This document shows positions 34,723-48,211 of a stretch of 64,000 nucleotides of DNA, piece by piece. A model generated the notes under the pieces. That model had not been told where the DNA came from. It made no database searches and saw only the letters and a program-made list of their open reading frames with translations. The position numbers and the translations under genes are program-made. The stretch is from Macrostomum lignano. Lineage: Eukaryota. Within the stretch, counting starts at the first letter, position 1; each line of letters starts with the position of its first letter. The stretch covers positions 1 to 64,000 of the forward strand of contig NIVC01001699.1 of NCBI GenBank assembly GCA_002269645.1, in the 5' to 3' direction.

Positions 34723-37207
34723 ATGAACAGATTCTATTGGTCCAGTTCAGATCTGGCACAGTCGGAGTCGCTCATCCTACAGCAGGACGGAGTCGGCTTA
34801 TATGACGGCGACACTCGTTTATCGGCGTTCGACTCCGGCCGGCTGACCCTTACCACCCACCGGGTGCTCTGGTGCGACAAAAATGACGTCATTGCCTTCA
34901 ACTTGAAGGACGTGAAACGGGTTCGCTCGGAGACTGGCGGCCTGTTTAAATCCGCTAAACTGGTGGTCAACTTTCACGCCAAGGACCCGTCGGATGCTTG
35001 CTGGCGACAGGTAGATTACATCTGATAGCATCTGGGTAGCACCTGGTCTCTGATGAGTCAGTGGGTAGCATCTGGTCTCTGATGAGTCAGCGGGTAGCAT
35101 CTGGTCTCTGATGAGTCAGTGGGTAGCAGCATCTGGTCTCTGATGAGTCAGTGGGTAGCAGCATCTGGTCTCTGATGAGTCAGTGGGTAGCATCTGGTCT
35201 CTGATGAGTCAGTGGGTAGCATCTGGTCTCTGATGAGTCAGTGGGTAGCATCTGGTCTCTGATGAGTCAGTGGGTAGCATCTGGTCTCTGATGAGTCAGT
35301 GGGTAGCATCTGGTCTCTGATGAGTCAGTGGGTAGCATCTGGTCTCTGATGAGTCAGTGGGTAGCATCTGGTCTCTGATGAGTCAGTGGGTAGCATCTTG
35401 TCTCTGATGAGTCAGTGAATAACATCTGGTCTCTGATGAGTCAGTGGATAGCATCTGGTCTCTGATGAGTCAGTGGGTAGCAGCATCTGGTCTCTGATGA
35501 GTCAGTGGGTAGCACCTGGTCTCTGATGAGTCAGTGGGTAGCATCTGGTCTCTGATGAGTCAGTGGGTAGCATCTGGTCTCTGATGAGTCAGTGGGTAGC
35601 ATCTGGTCTCTGATGAGTCAGTGGGTAGCAGCTGGTCTCTGATGAGTCAGTGGGTAGCATCTGGTCTCTGATGAGTCAGTGGGTAGCAGCTGGTCTCTGA
35701 TGAGTCAGTGGGTAGCATCTGGTCTCTGATGAGTCAGTGGGTAGCACCTGGTCTCTGATGAGTCAGTGAATAGCATCTGGTCCTTGATGAGTCAGTGGGT
35801 AGACTGGCAACAGACTTGAGTCAGAGAGAAAGGATCTAAGCTGATAAGCGAAGAATATTCGCTCTTTAGTCATGCACTGTACTGAGCAGGCCGCCCCCTT
35901 CCCTCCCGGCATGCAGGGCGGACCGCTGGCCAAGTCCGATCAGGACTATATAAAAATTGCCTTCCGTCAGGCTGGCGACATCGAGTTCCTAGCCGGCATT
36001 GAGGAGGCTCTGCGCAACAAAGTCTGGGCTAAGCAGGCGCCGGCTGCGGCTTCGCAGCGTCACTTCGGCATCGGCGGCATCGAGAGGCGCATGGCTGAGC
36101 AGCGTAAAACTGCGGACAGGAGCATCGCCGAGGCGTTCGACGATTTGGACGCGCTGATGCGCCTAGCCGAGCCTATGGTGTCCATGACCAAAGCGGTGGC
36201 GCAGCGGATGCGGGACAAAGCTCCGCCTGAGGATGAAGCTGCTCAGCTCAAACAGCACCTGCTGGCTATGGGCGTGCAAGATCCAATTACTAGAGAGCAG
36301 TACGGTGGCGGATCGCATTATTTTAATAGCCTGGCCAAGCAGGTTAGCTGATAGTGTGTTCATTTTATTAGCCTGGTAGCGAAAGGCGGAGTCCTGCTGA
36401 GTGAGTGAGTAGTGAATGGCGGAGTCCTGCTGAGTGAGTGAGTAGTGAATGGCGGAGTCCTGCTGAGTGAGTGAATAAGGAATGGCAGAGTCCTGCTGAG
36501 TGAGTGAATAAGGAATGGCAGAGTCCTGCTGAGTGAGTGAATAAGGAATGGCAGAGTCCTGCTGAGTGAGTGAATAAGGAATGGCAGAGTCCTGCTGAGT
36601 GAGTGAATAAGGAATGGCAGAGTCCTGCTGAGTGAGTGAATAAGGAATGGCAGAGTCCTGCTGAGTGAGTAGGGAATGGCAGAGTCCTGCTGAGTGAGTG
36701 AGTAGAGAGTGGCGGAAAAGCTCGCATACAGGACAGCATAGACACCTATATCACCGCAACTTTCCTCAACAGGTGAGCGAATTCCTAGAGCAGCCGCTTC
36801 GCGAACGCAGCGGCGTAATGACCCTGACAGACGCCTACTGCCTGTACAATCGGGCTCGGGGACTCGACCTGATCTCGCCGGAGGATCTGGTTGCGGCGGC
36901 GCGGGCCATGAGCCAGCTGGGCTTGGCAGTCAGGCTGCACACCTTCGATAGCGGCGTTATGGTGCTGCAGCTGGCCAGCCACAATCAGCAGGCGGCGCTG
37001 GAGTCAGCGGCCGAGGCTGTCAGGCAGCGGGGCCACCTCACCGCCCAGGAGCTGTCCAGAGCTGCCGGCCTGTCCGTCACGCTGGCCAGAGAGCGGCTGC
37101 TGCTCACTGAAGCAGCCGGGCTCACCTGTCGCGACGACGCCGTCGAGGGACTGGCTTTTTATCCTAATCTGTTCGACACGTTTCCAGTTGAGACTGTGGC
37201 AGAATAG
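34723..37207 (+). CDS. VPS36: Vacuolar protein sorting 36 (ESCRT-II subunit), about 391 aa, 3 exons (34723-35010, 35890-36342, 36773-37207)
   Basis: GLUE-domain start (MNRFYW...GRLTLTTHRVLW), YIKIAFR, FGIGGIER, IAEAFDDLDALM, LTDAYCLYNRARGLDLISPEDL and DDAVEGLAFYPNLF. Phase-0 GT-AG introns; the exon 2 acceptor was chosen to preserve phase. Confidence 0.95.
35025..35800. repeat. Intronic minisatellite, 29-bp unit (VPS36 intron 1)
   Basis: Unit CATCTGGTCTCTGATGAGTCAGTGGGTAG, about 26 copies. Confidence 0.95.
36380..36712. repeat. Intronic minisatellite, 33-bp unit (VPS36 intron 2)
   Basis: Unit GAATGGCAGAGTCCTGCTGAGTGAGTGAATAAG. Confidence 0.95.
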
Positions 37208-37277
37208 GTTGAAGTTCTATTTGTAGGAACTGTTTAAATATTATTTTGCCGCATACATCAGAATTTAGAGCTAAAGA

Positions 37278-38205
37278 CAGACTTTTGTAAGGGCAGACTT
37301 CTGTAAGGACAGACTTCTGTAAGGGCAGACTTCTGACAGACTTCTGTAAGGACAGACTTCTGTAAGGACAGACTTCTGTAAGGACAGACTTCTGTAAGGA
37401 CAGACTTCTGTAAGGACAGACTTCTGTAAGGATAGACTTCTGTAAGGACAGACTTCTGTAAGGACAGACTTCTGTAAGGACAGACTTCTGTAAGGACAGA
37501 CTTCTGTAAGGGCAGACTTCTGTAAGGGCAGACTTCTGTAAGGGCAGACTTCTGACAGACTTCTGTAAGAACAGACCTCTGTAAGGACAGACTTCTGTAA
37601 GGACAGACTTCTGTAAGGACAGACTTCTGTAAGGACAGACTTCTGTAAGGACAGACTTCTGTAAGGGCAGACTTCTGACAGACTTCTGTAAGGGCAGACT
37701 TCTGACAGACTTCTGTAAGGGCAGACTTCTGTAAGGACAGACTTCTGTAAGGGCAGACTTCTGTAAGGAAAGACTTCTGTAAGGACAGACTTCTGTATAA
37801 AAGGCTTCTGTAAGGACAGGCTTCTGTAAGGACAGACTTCTGTAAGGACAGACTTCTGTAGGGGCAGACTTCTGACAGACTTCTGTAAGGGCAGACTTCT
37901 GACAGACTTCTGTAACGGCAGACTTCTGTAACGGCAGACTTCTGTAAGGGCAGACTTCTGTAAGGGTAGACTTCTGTAAGAACAGACTTCTGTAAGGACA
38001 GGCTTCTGTAAGGACAGACTTCTGTAAGGGCAGACTTCTGTAAGGACAGACTTCTGTAAGGGCAGACTTCTGTAAGGGCAGACTTCTGTAAGGACAGACT
38101 TCTGTAAGAACAGACTTCTGTAAGGACAGACTTCTGTAAGGACAGACTTCTGTAAGGACAGACTTCTGTAAGGACAGACTTCTGTAAGGACAGACTTCTG
38201 TAAGG
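37278..38205. repeat. Minisatellite, 16/17-bp unit
   Basis: GACAGACTTCTGTAAG and GGGCAGACTTCTGTAA variants. Confidence 0.95.
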
Positions 38206-38628
38206 CAAAATACAAGTATGCGAAAATTTGTGGCTCCATCTTACATACCTGACTCAAAAATGATGCCATTAATGCTTATTAATATGATTGCTTATTGCCA
38301 TGTTTTTTTGTTTATACTTAAATAAATATATTCGATTTGATTACTTATGCACAATACAGAACGAAATATTGATGATAAAGTTCATTCAATTGTCTTACAG
38401 AGCCTTTGTTTTAACTAAAATTTGAAGAAAAAAATTGTCTTTCTGATCTGCCTAATTTTAGTAGTGCGTCCAGCACGTTACTTAAAGCAGTTTCTGTAAA
38501 AACAATAACAAGCGCTGTCAATTTGAAGGTCATAAAAGGTAGATAAACTTACTTCTGAAATGCAAGTATATTTCCTTTGCATTTCTTTGTTTATTTGCGC
38601 TTCTAACTCTTATTGATTGACTGACAAA

Positions 38629-39427
38629 TGAGAATCGCCCCTCACTACCCTTTGAGAATCGCCCCTCACTATCCTATGAGAATCGCCCCTCACTATCCTA
38701 TGACAATCGCCCCTCATTATCCTATGAGAATCGCCCCTCACTATCCTACTAGAATCGCCCCTCACTATCCCACTAGAATCGCCCCTCACTATCCTATGAG
38801 ATTCGCCCTTCACTATCCTATGAGAATCGCCCCTTCACTATCCTGTGAGATTCGCCCTTCACTATCCTACTAGAATCGCCCCTCACTATCCTATGAGAAT
38901 CGCCCCTCACTATCCTATGAGAATCGCTTCTCACTATCCTATGAGAATCGCCCCTCACTGTCCTATGAGAATCGCCCCTCACTGTCCTATGAGAATCGCC
39001 CCTCACTATCCTATGAGAATCGCCCCTCACTGTCCTATGAGAATCGCCCCTCACTATTCTATGAGAATCGCCCTCACTATCCTATGAGAATCGCCCCTCA
39101 CTATCCTATGAGAATCGCTTCTCACTATCCTATGAGAATCGCCCCTCACTATCCTATGAGAATCGCCCCTCACTATTCTATGAGAATCGCCCTCACTATC
39201 CTATGAGAATCGCCCCTCACTATCCTATGAGAATCGCTTCTCACTATCCTATGAGAATCGCCCCTCACTATCCTATGAGAATCGCCCCTCACTATTCTAT
39301 GAGAATCGCCCTCACTATCCTATGAGAATCGCCCCTCACTATCCTATGAGAATCGCCCCTCACTATCCTATGAGAATCGCCCCTCACTATCCTATGAGAA
39401 TCGCCCCTCACTATCCTATGACAATCG
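38629..39427. repeat. Minisatellite, 24-bp unit
   Basis: Unit ATGAGAATCGCCCCTCACTATCCT. Confidence 0.95.
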
Positions 39428-39687
39428 CTCCTTATGTCACTTTCTATCTTTTATCCTTAGCAAGTACCTCTGTTCTTATTCTTACTATTCGGTATTTTAC
39501 TGGCTCCTACGATTGAAAACTGCCTTGTTATTCTATGTAATGAAAGCCCTATTCGCCCCTGAACTTCATCGATTGGTTAAAAATCGCCCTTTAACACAGC
39601 TGTAAGAATCGCAGGATATCTCATCTGCTAGGAGTAAATCATTTAACCATAATAGATAGAATTTGAAATCCCTGTCTCGCCTTGCAG

Positions 39688-40086
39688 GCGTTCGCGTCGC
39701 CATTCGAGGCTGATCCGCAGCTATCGCTGAAAATCCTCTGCGAGCCGGCACCCAGCAGCCGCTTCCGCTACGTTGGCGAAGTGGAGCAGTTTCGCGCCAG
39801 CGCAGGGCCCAAAGCCATTGGCAGCGTTCTGTATGGCGGCCGGCCGGTAGACAAGAACAGTCGCGTCACCCTGCAGCTGCAAGCGAATCGGCCGACAGAC
39901 GCCGCTTTGTTCGCCTTTCTGGTCAGAGCGAACCAGTCTGACAAGCTGCACGTGTTCGAACTGATTGGTATCGACTGCGAGTGCGGCTTCCTGTACTCTA
40001 AGTTCCGGTTGGACAATGGACCGCAGGAGCTCAAGTGAGTCGCTGTAGATAGATGAATAGATAGATAGATAAATGATAGATAGATG

Positions 40087-40147
<61 letters not shown>

Positions 40148-40557
40148 ATGATAGATGGATAGATAGTAGATAGCGAGAAAGAGCGAGCGAAGCGAGCTCT
40201 TTCGAGCTTGCTTGCCGCAGCCAATCAAGCTGAAAGCACGCACACAAGATCACCGGAAACGATTAAGGCAGCTGGAAAGCCAATGGGCGCGGTAAGCGCT
40301 TTTATCCAGAGGAACTACCTGCTGGAACCAGCCATGCCGAACGAAAATCAGACTACTCAAGTAGTGCAAAAGAGTACGTGCAACTACCGAGAAATCTAAT
40401 TTTCGTAACCGCTCCGGTGCAGGTCCTGGCTATAGATAGTAGATAGCGAGAAAGAGCGAGCGAAGCGAGCGAATAGATAGATGGATAGATAGATAGATAG
40501 ATAGATAGATAAATGATAGATAGATGGATAGATAGATAGATAGATAGATAGATAAAT

Positions 40558-40628
<71 letters not shown>

Positions 40629-40742
40629 GGATAGATAGATAGATAGATAGATAGATAAATGATAGATAGATGGATAGATAGATAGATAGATAGATAGATA
40701 AATGATAGATAGATGGATAGATAGATAGATAGATAGATAAAT

Positions 40743-40833
<91 letters not shown>

Positions 40834-40834
40834 G

Positions 40835-40867
<33 letters not shown>

Positions 40868-40869
40868 AT

Positions 40870-40960
<91 letters not shown>

Positions 40961-43900
40961 GATAGATAGATAGATTTATAAAAGTAAAAAATCAATAAAA
41001 CAGGCTTATGATCTGCTTTCAGTAACACAATCCTGATTTTCCCATCTTAGTGTTAGAATTTTTCGTGTCAAGTCAAACAGAACAGTGTTCCGTCTTTCCA
41101 CTTTAAGTCGCCGTTGAGTCCGTACTCATTGGAGTCAATGCGGACTCAATGCTTGGCTGAAAGTGTAAAAATGACGATTAAAGCGCTTCTCAAAATTCGA
41201 GTAGCTACAGTACTCAGTACTCAGAATCCGATGCTTAGCTAGCAAAGCTAAGGTCAATTATGAGTCTGCATCACGTGCCAGTAGCTGTTGTCAACAACTG
41301 CTGCACTCCATGCGCCAGCTTTGGAGTACTACCAAAGAGACTCTATAGATTAATCTTAATGAGCTGGAAACAGTGTGGAGCGTCGCACGCTTTATAAAAA
41401 ATGTTTCTTAACGTTGAAATGAAAAGCTTTTTGCCTCTTTCCGCTTCGCAGTTGTTTCTTTCTTCTGTTTTTATCGTTGTGAGGAATCGCTGCGTTGGCG
41501 AGAGGCAAAATTTCTCATTAATTATCTTGGCATGCATTTTTCATAAGCAGGCGTGCTTTGGTACGCCAAAGCATTCTGATGGCTTCTGCACGCAGATTTA
41601 GACTTAGTGTCTGGAATAGAAACTTCTGCAGGAAAGGCATGGATTTTTTAATATAGAAAAAACGTCAATGCTACCAAAACTCATGGCCGTTTAGACTTAG
41701 CATCTGAAATATATGCTGTATTTTTTCAAATCCACGGCTTCCAAATCCTGGAGATTTCATGCTTAAAATGCTTCAAAGACAACGCTTTGAGTTCTAGCCC
41801 CAGCATCTGGAGTGAAAACTACAGCCAAGTCCATGGAGTTCTAATCCTTAAACCAGGAACAGCAACGCTGATGAGAAGTCATTGAGTTCTAGTCCCAGCA
41901 TCTGGAGTGAAAACTACAGCCAAGTCCATGGAGTTCTAATCCTTAAACCAGGAACAGCAACGCTGATGAGAAATCTTTGAGTTCTAGACCCAGCATCTGG
42001 AGTGAAAACTACAGCCAAGTCCATGGAGTTCTAATCCTTAAACCAGGAACAGCAACGCTGATGAGAAATCTTTGAGTTCTAGTCCCAGCATCTGGAGTGA
42101 AAACTACAGCCAAGTCCATGGAGTTCTAATCCTTAAACCAGGAACAGCAACGCTGATGAGAAGTCATTGAGTTCTAGACCCGGGATTGTTAATTCAAAAC
42201 TACTGCGAAATGCTTGGAGTTTTGTATGGCGTGCTATTTTACCTGGCCTGCTCTAACAGCTATTTATTATGCGCCGTGCCTCGTCTACCTGCAGTTTTTC
42301 ATTCCGGAAAAATGAAAGAAACGGCCACGCCACACCATAACTATTGCGCCCAGATCTAGACTCAGCCAGTTCTTTGGATGAAGTTCCCCTCATATTTTAT
42401 GCTATTGCCTCGCGTGCAACTGGCCAATAAGACTATTGCTAATGCTCACTAGCTGGACTATTGAGTTTCATTGTTGAATAGTGGCATAGCTCAGTTTTTT
42501 TTCTGCTTTTTTTAATTGAATTGTCCAACGGCTGTGCTGTTCAATCATTCTGTTTTAACGAGCGACTTGCCTCAGCTAGTTATATGAATGGCGTTGATAA
42601 TAGTTCCGCCGACTATTGGACTGGCGCCAGTATCCAGTTGGAACTGCAAATTTTATTTTTAGCTTTACGATTATAGAAAAAAATAATAATACAAGGTCGG
42701 GGTTGACTTTGACACGAGCGCGTTTACGAGTAATCGTTTTCGTCTTTAAAATGGAAAAAATACGAGTATGTTTATTTTTTAAATTTCAGTTCATATTTTT
42801 CTTTAAAAAATTATCATAGCTCTAACTATGATGTTTTGTTTAAAAAAAATATGATTCTTTTGCAGTGGTTCAGTGGAAAAAAATCACGCATTTTTATGAT
42901 AGAACGAAGCAGAGAAACATTAGTATGCTCTGGTTAACAATTGGCTGGTGGTGAAAACGTATGGCATATGTTTTTGGGTGTTCTATAAAAATAAAAGCAC
43001 AAAAACTCTATAGCTCAATTAATTTTAAAAAGTTATCTGAAAAAAATTGTTGTATGTTATCACTTATTTGTATCAGATGATAGCGGTTGGTTGTGCTGCT
43101 TCTGTTGGCTGTTGTTGACTCTTGCTTGCTAATCAACCGAATCATCAGCCGGTGCAGGCTGTGTGATTAACTGTTCCAATCACTTCAATCTTCACGCGGC
43201 CGCCCATGCCCGGCGCTCCGCCCACTCCGCCGCGCGCTCCTCGCGATAGATTCGGCGCCGCGTAGCTGCCGCCGCCGCCTCCGCCACGAGGTTCCATGCC
43301 GTCCACTCCTCCGCCGCTGTAGCCGCCTCCGCCTCCGCCGCCTCCATTTTGAGAGCCTAGCTTGCCACCTCCGCCGCCGCCTCCGCCGTAGCCGCCGTTG
43401 GCAGGCTTTCCAACTCCGCCGCTCCATCCGCCTGTCCGGGACCGTCCGTCTAGACCGGAATTTGGACCACTGAATTGCCAACCGTCCGATAGCCAGCCGG
43501 CTCCACCACCGCCAAGACCGTGGTTGTTGTTGGTGCTGACGCTGGTTGGTTGCGGCGCGCCCTGGCCGCCGACGCCGCCGTAACCGACACCGGTAGCGTC
43601 GCTAACCGACTGAGCGCCGTTCTCACTGTCTGTCGCGTTCCCGCCGTTGGTCATTTCGGCAGCGCCGCCGCCTCCACCAGCGGCCAGCAGCAGTACGGGC
43701 GTACCAGTCGCGTTTTTATACACAAAGCTACCGCCTCCGCCTCCGCCGCCGTTGTCAACAGTACTTTGGTCGGCGCCGCGTCGGCCGACGACGATGGTCA
43801 AATTGTCGGTCTCGCTAAGCGTGAATGCCGCTTCTTTATAGGCGCCAAGACCGCCAGTTCGGCTTAACTGACCGCCGCCATGGGCGCCCCAGGCGCGGAT

Positions 43901-45847
43901 GCGGTAGCAACCGGCGCCAAGGACTGGCGTGTAGTACATAGGCGTTCCCGTGTGGCTCGGCGTGTCATCTGAGGGAAAAAGAAAATTGTAAACATTTCGA
44001 CTGGCTTTGTTGCACTAAATTAGAAAGTACACTACCATTGAAGGCTTCCAAATGGGCTTCCAATAGTGACAGTTAAAATAGATATACATCGAATCCACTG
44101 ATCAGCATTTGCGTTCAAATGTTTCATATTACAAATCGATTTGAAATCCTTTAATTGGCTCCATCCGTCAGAAATTATACAATTAGAGTGTGTCATCCTG
44201 TTCACCTATGGAACAAATGTTTGGACCGATGTTGGAAACATTATAAGGACAAATAAAGCAACATTTTCAGATGGTTAAGCTGATAAGCGTTTAAGCTAGC
44301 TCGTATATAGTTAATCACTATGCCATTATCTCGGGCAGAAATCCTTACCTGACGCTTGCGGTAACTTTTTAAAAGCGTATTTTCTCCTCTATGCTTTTTA
44401 GTGCAAGCTAAACCACACCAAAGAAGAATTTTATACCTTGCTAGATATCTTCCGTCACTGTAGCTAGGCAAACAATGAGTTGTTTAAATAATAATCCTAA
44501 CTACACAATTACAGCCTGCTTAGTATCAGATTGCCAATATGCTGCGACTAAAAGCTTATTGGTAAATCAAACATCATTTGTTTGTAGAGCTTCAGCTAGA
44601 GAGATGGTGCGAGTAAGAAACGAATTATCCATAGTAGAGAGTTGCTACCTCCTCGTGAAACTCTACTGCTCCTGGTAGAAGAATCGATGAAAGCTACTAC
44701 TCGGGCCTCTCACCGTTCTCGTAGACTGCGTCTAGCTGGCTCTGGCAGCCGGCCCAGGTGCTGTTCCGATCCTTGCTATAGTAGGCGGCGGTGCAAGCCG
44801 ATCCGCCCGGCGTCTGTTGCACCCAAAGCTGGCGCAGGTCGCAAGCGGAGCCTAGTAGGCACTGGCCGCCGGCGCCCAACTGGTAGACTGTGCAGGCTTC
44901 CAAATAGGCGCACTCGGTTGCGCAAACGTCCGGCGAAGAGATCGGGGCAAAGCTACGAAAGGTGGCATTCAACGGGGTTGGAACGCTCGGTGTCGTGTTG
45001 GCGCAAAATCCGTCGGCTAGTCGGTTGAACACGATGCGATATCCGCTGGCGTCTTGGGCCAGCGTTGACAATAAGATAGCTGCTATGAGTTGCAGGCTCA
45101 TGCTAATGCAAATTCCTCTCTGCTAGATCTGCGCGTGGCTTCCTTTGTTTGGTGTATTGCTTAGCCTTGGCAACCGCTTGTCAATTATATGCCGGTGGGT
45201 ACTTGTTTTTTACCGCCCTTGGGAGCCCACTGCGGGGAAGACTTTATTGGATAGCAGCAATGGACTAGCAAATCATGTCTTATGTCTGATTGGCCAGTGT
45301 TTGATGCTGATGCCAATTCCCAAAAAGTTCCTACGGAAGGTATTGTCTATTGTAAAATAGGCCTCAACGCATGCTGCAGTATCATGCCTACGTTGCGATA
45401 TGGAAAAGGCTGTTTTTGGCTTTCATGAAAGAAGTTTGACGGGAACGAGTTTTCTTGTTATGAAATATGAAGTAACCGTTTATACAAAAAATACCGATTT
45501 CTATTGCAATAAATGTATTTCAAACATGCAGAAAGTTTCAACCTGTTTGCTGACTGTCTTTTATTTCAAATATAAATACAAATTGGCGTGTACACAGAAT
45601 GTGTTGCATTTCTGCTTCCGTTCCTTCTGCCAGCTTGTCAGATCGACCTACGAGCGTACAGCCAAGTAAACTAGGACAAATCTCTGGGCTATCCAGTTTC
45701 ACTATCAGTTGAGATTTTATGTCGTTATACATGTACTTTTACAAATTCTGATAAAATTTAAAACTTTTTATCCTTTCTCTTGAAAGGATTTCCTAGAGAC
45801 TATGATAGACAGACAGACAGATGGACAGACAGACAGACAGACAGATG

Positions 45848-45901
<54 letters not shown>

Positions 45902-47397
45902 TGGACAGACAGACAGACAGACAGATGGACAGACAGACAGACAGACAAATATATAACCTCAATGAAATTCGTCTCTCTTTTACAGGCTTGATAAGCATTG
46001 TATCATGAAGTACAAGAAGGGTGATATTAAACAGGCCGTTCAAAACCGATGGGACAAATTGAAAGGCATGTCCTGGTATCACCCCCATCTAAGTAAGTAG
46101 GTTCTATAGTTTTATAATGCAATTGTTCCTTTTGAAATACTTTTTGTGCTGCCATCGTATCATTACTTTCTAATATTCTAGATCACTCACGTTTTTCAGT
46201 CTGTTCCTGCCATCTGTCAGTCTGTTCCTGTCATCTGTCAGTCTGTTCCTGTCATCTGTCAGTCTGTTCCTGCCATCTGTCAGTCTGTTCCTGCCATCTG
46301 TCAGTCTGTTCCTGTCATCTGTCAGTCTGTTCCTGTCATCTGTCAGTATGTTCCTGTCATCTGTCAGTATGTTCCTGTCATCTGTCAGTATGTTCCTGTC
46401 ATCTGTCAGTCTGTTCCTGTCATCTGTCAGTCTGTTCCTGTCATCTGTCAGTCTGTTCCTGTCATCTGTCAGTCTTTTCCGTCTTTTGTTTGCCTATCCT
46501 TCTGCCTGATTGTCTACGTCTGTTTGCCTGTCAATCTTCTCACTCTCCAAATCTACTGTCCCTGCTGTCTTAGTTGTCAAAACAGCTCGTCACAACCTCC
46601 TCCCCATATAGATCAGTGGATGGACGACCTGTCCCGCTGCTCCAGCCTGAAGGAATGCGGCGGCTCGGTCCGCATCCGGTTCTTGCTCTGCCCCATGCTG
46701 CCAGATGAGTCTGCTGACGGCCAACAACAGCTGGACTTCTCAGCTGCTGTTAGCGTTGTCACTGAGACTATCTCTTGTGAGTAGTGAGCAATTATAGCTA
46801 ATTATATGCTCATCTGTGTACTTTTTATAGACCAGCTCGAAGGAGTTCCCGCCCTGACAATTCCATTTCCAATGTGTTGTTTTGTTCGCAGTTAAAACAC
46901 TACTTCGCAGTAGTAAATCGGTGCAAACCGTTTTGTTTCAAACTTCCAGCCAGTTCCAGCTCGAGTGCCGACAGCCTGAAAATTCAGGACTTCAATCCGA
47001 CGACCATAATTCTTTCGACCGACGATCCCAGCCTGAAAACCAATTCGATCTGGGTTGAGCTGAAAGACGCAGTTAGTAAGGTTCAACATTTTACCTGCAA
47101 TGCTTAAAAATTGAAAGTTTAAAGGAAAAATCCTTAGTTACCTTTGAGAACTTACTGACATTGAATTGAGTATTTTTGTGATTTTTTCTTGCTTTTAGAT
47201 AAGTCGGACAAAGTGTTTGTATACATTTTAATTAGCAACCAACGGCTGGAGTGCGAAGTCAAGGCTTCCAATGGGGTGAGTTGGAATAGTTTGCATTGTA
47301 TTTCATATTTCATAAATGGTGAGCAATCCTTGTTGCTTATTTGTTGTTAATCAGACCTGTGAACTGTTTGACTCCGGTGTAAGGCTTATAGACACAA

Positions 47398-47448
<51 letters not shown>

Positions 47449-47507
47449 GTCTGTCTTAGTGTCTGTCTGTCTGTCTGTCTATCTGTCTGTCTATCTGTCT
47501 GTCTTAG

Positions 47508-47604
<97 letters not shown>

Positions 47605-47651
47605 TTCAGTTTGTCTGCCTTAGTGTCTGTCTGTCTTTCAGTTTGTCTGCC

Positions 47652-47692
<41 letters not shown>

Positions 47693-48211
47693 TTCAGTTT
47701 GTCTGCCTTAGTGTCTGTCTGTCTATCTTAGTATCTGTCTGTTTTTCTGTCTCATTCTGGATCATCAGCTGGTGTGAGTTTGTTAGACTCCGACCTGAAT
47801 TTAGACTAAATACGGTATTATATATTTTCCTGCAAAGCCAGCCTTGGAAAGATTTTCTAAGCAACGAAAGTTTCCTCTCTGTCTACTTGGGCCGCCCTCC
47901 GCCCCCTTATTTACCAGAAACTGGTCAAGTTCTCTCCGCCCAGCCTGGACGAAGTGCGGAAGGTCTGCAAGGACGAGCGTATTGCCGCCACTTTTAAAGT
48001 TAAAAAATTGTCGCCACGCGATCGAAGCGACGACGATGGCCAGCTTGATGAGGCGGAGAGTCTGGAGTGCAACCTGCTGCTAGTGACGCCGGCCCTGCCA
48101 TCCATAGGCCAGCGGCCGCCAAAGCAGGCCCGGCTGCGTCGGAACGCGACCGAACCCGATGCGAACGATTTCTCTTACTTGAAGGATCTCCGTGGAGACT
48201 ATGACAACTGA
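39688..48211 (+). CDS. Divergent Rel/NF-kB-family transcription factor (RHD DNA-binding domain plus IPT domain, no ankyrin repeats); start exon not located
   Basis: Phase-consistent exons 39688-40034, 45986-46092, 46612-46776, 46950-47075, 47199-47275 and 47842-48211 (one frameshift near 47904). Motifs [82 protein letters not shown] and a basic [10 protein letters not shown] occur in the same order as in RelA/NFKB1. Confidence 0.8.
40047..40975. repeat. (GATA)n microsatellite blocks (40047-40172, 40432-40975)
   Basis: Seen directly in the sequence. Confidence 0.95.
41787..42180. repeat. Tandem repeat, 95-bp unit, about 4 copies
   Basis: TTGAGTTCTAG recurs at 41787, 41882, 41977, 42072 and 42167. 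Confidence 0.95.
43145..45101 (-). CDS. Secreted protein of about 403 aa: signal peptide, PAN/apple-like domain and ALK/LTK-type glycine-rich domain; exons 44714-45101 and 43145-43968
   Basis: Hydrophobic N-terminus; PAN-like cysteine spacing ([12 protein letters not shown]...C); [35 protein letters not shown] and GGGGGYSGG motifs; phase-1 GT-AG junction. Confidence 0.85.
45803..45947. repeat. (GACA)n microsatellite
   Basis: Seen directly in the sequence. Confidence 0.95.
46197..46473. repeat. Intronic minisatellite, 21-bp unit
   Basis: Unit GTCAGTCTGTTCCTGTCATCT. Confidence 0.95.
47400..47750. repeat. (TGTC)n microsatellite
   Basis: Seen directly in the sequence; intronic. Confidence 0.95.

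Noticed and set aside
40221-40291. Candidate extra exon of the Rel-like gene
   Set aside because: Its phase is incompatible with the donor at 40035; exon 45986-46092 fits both the phase and the expected RHD motif.
19350-47910. Programmed frameshifting at 19355 and 47904
   Set aside because: No slippery heptamer with downstream structure; single-base indels in short runs are more simply explained as consensus errors.
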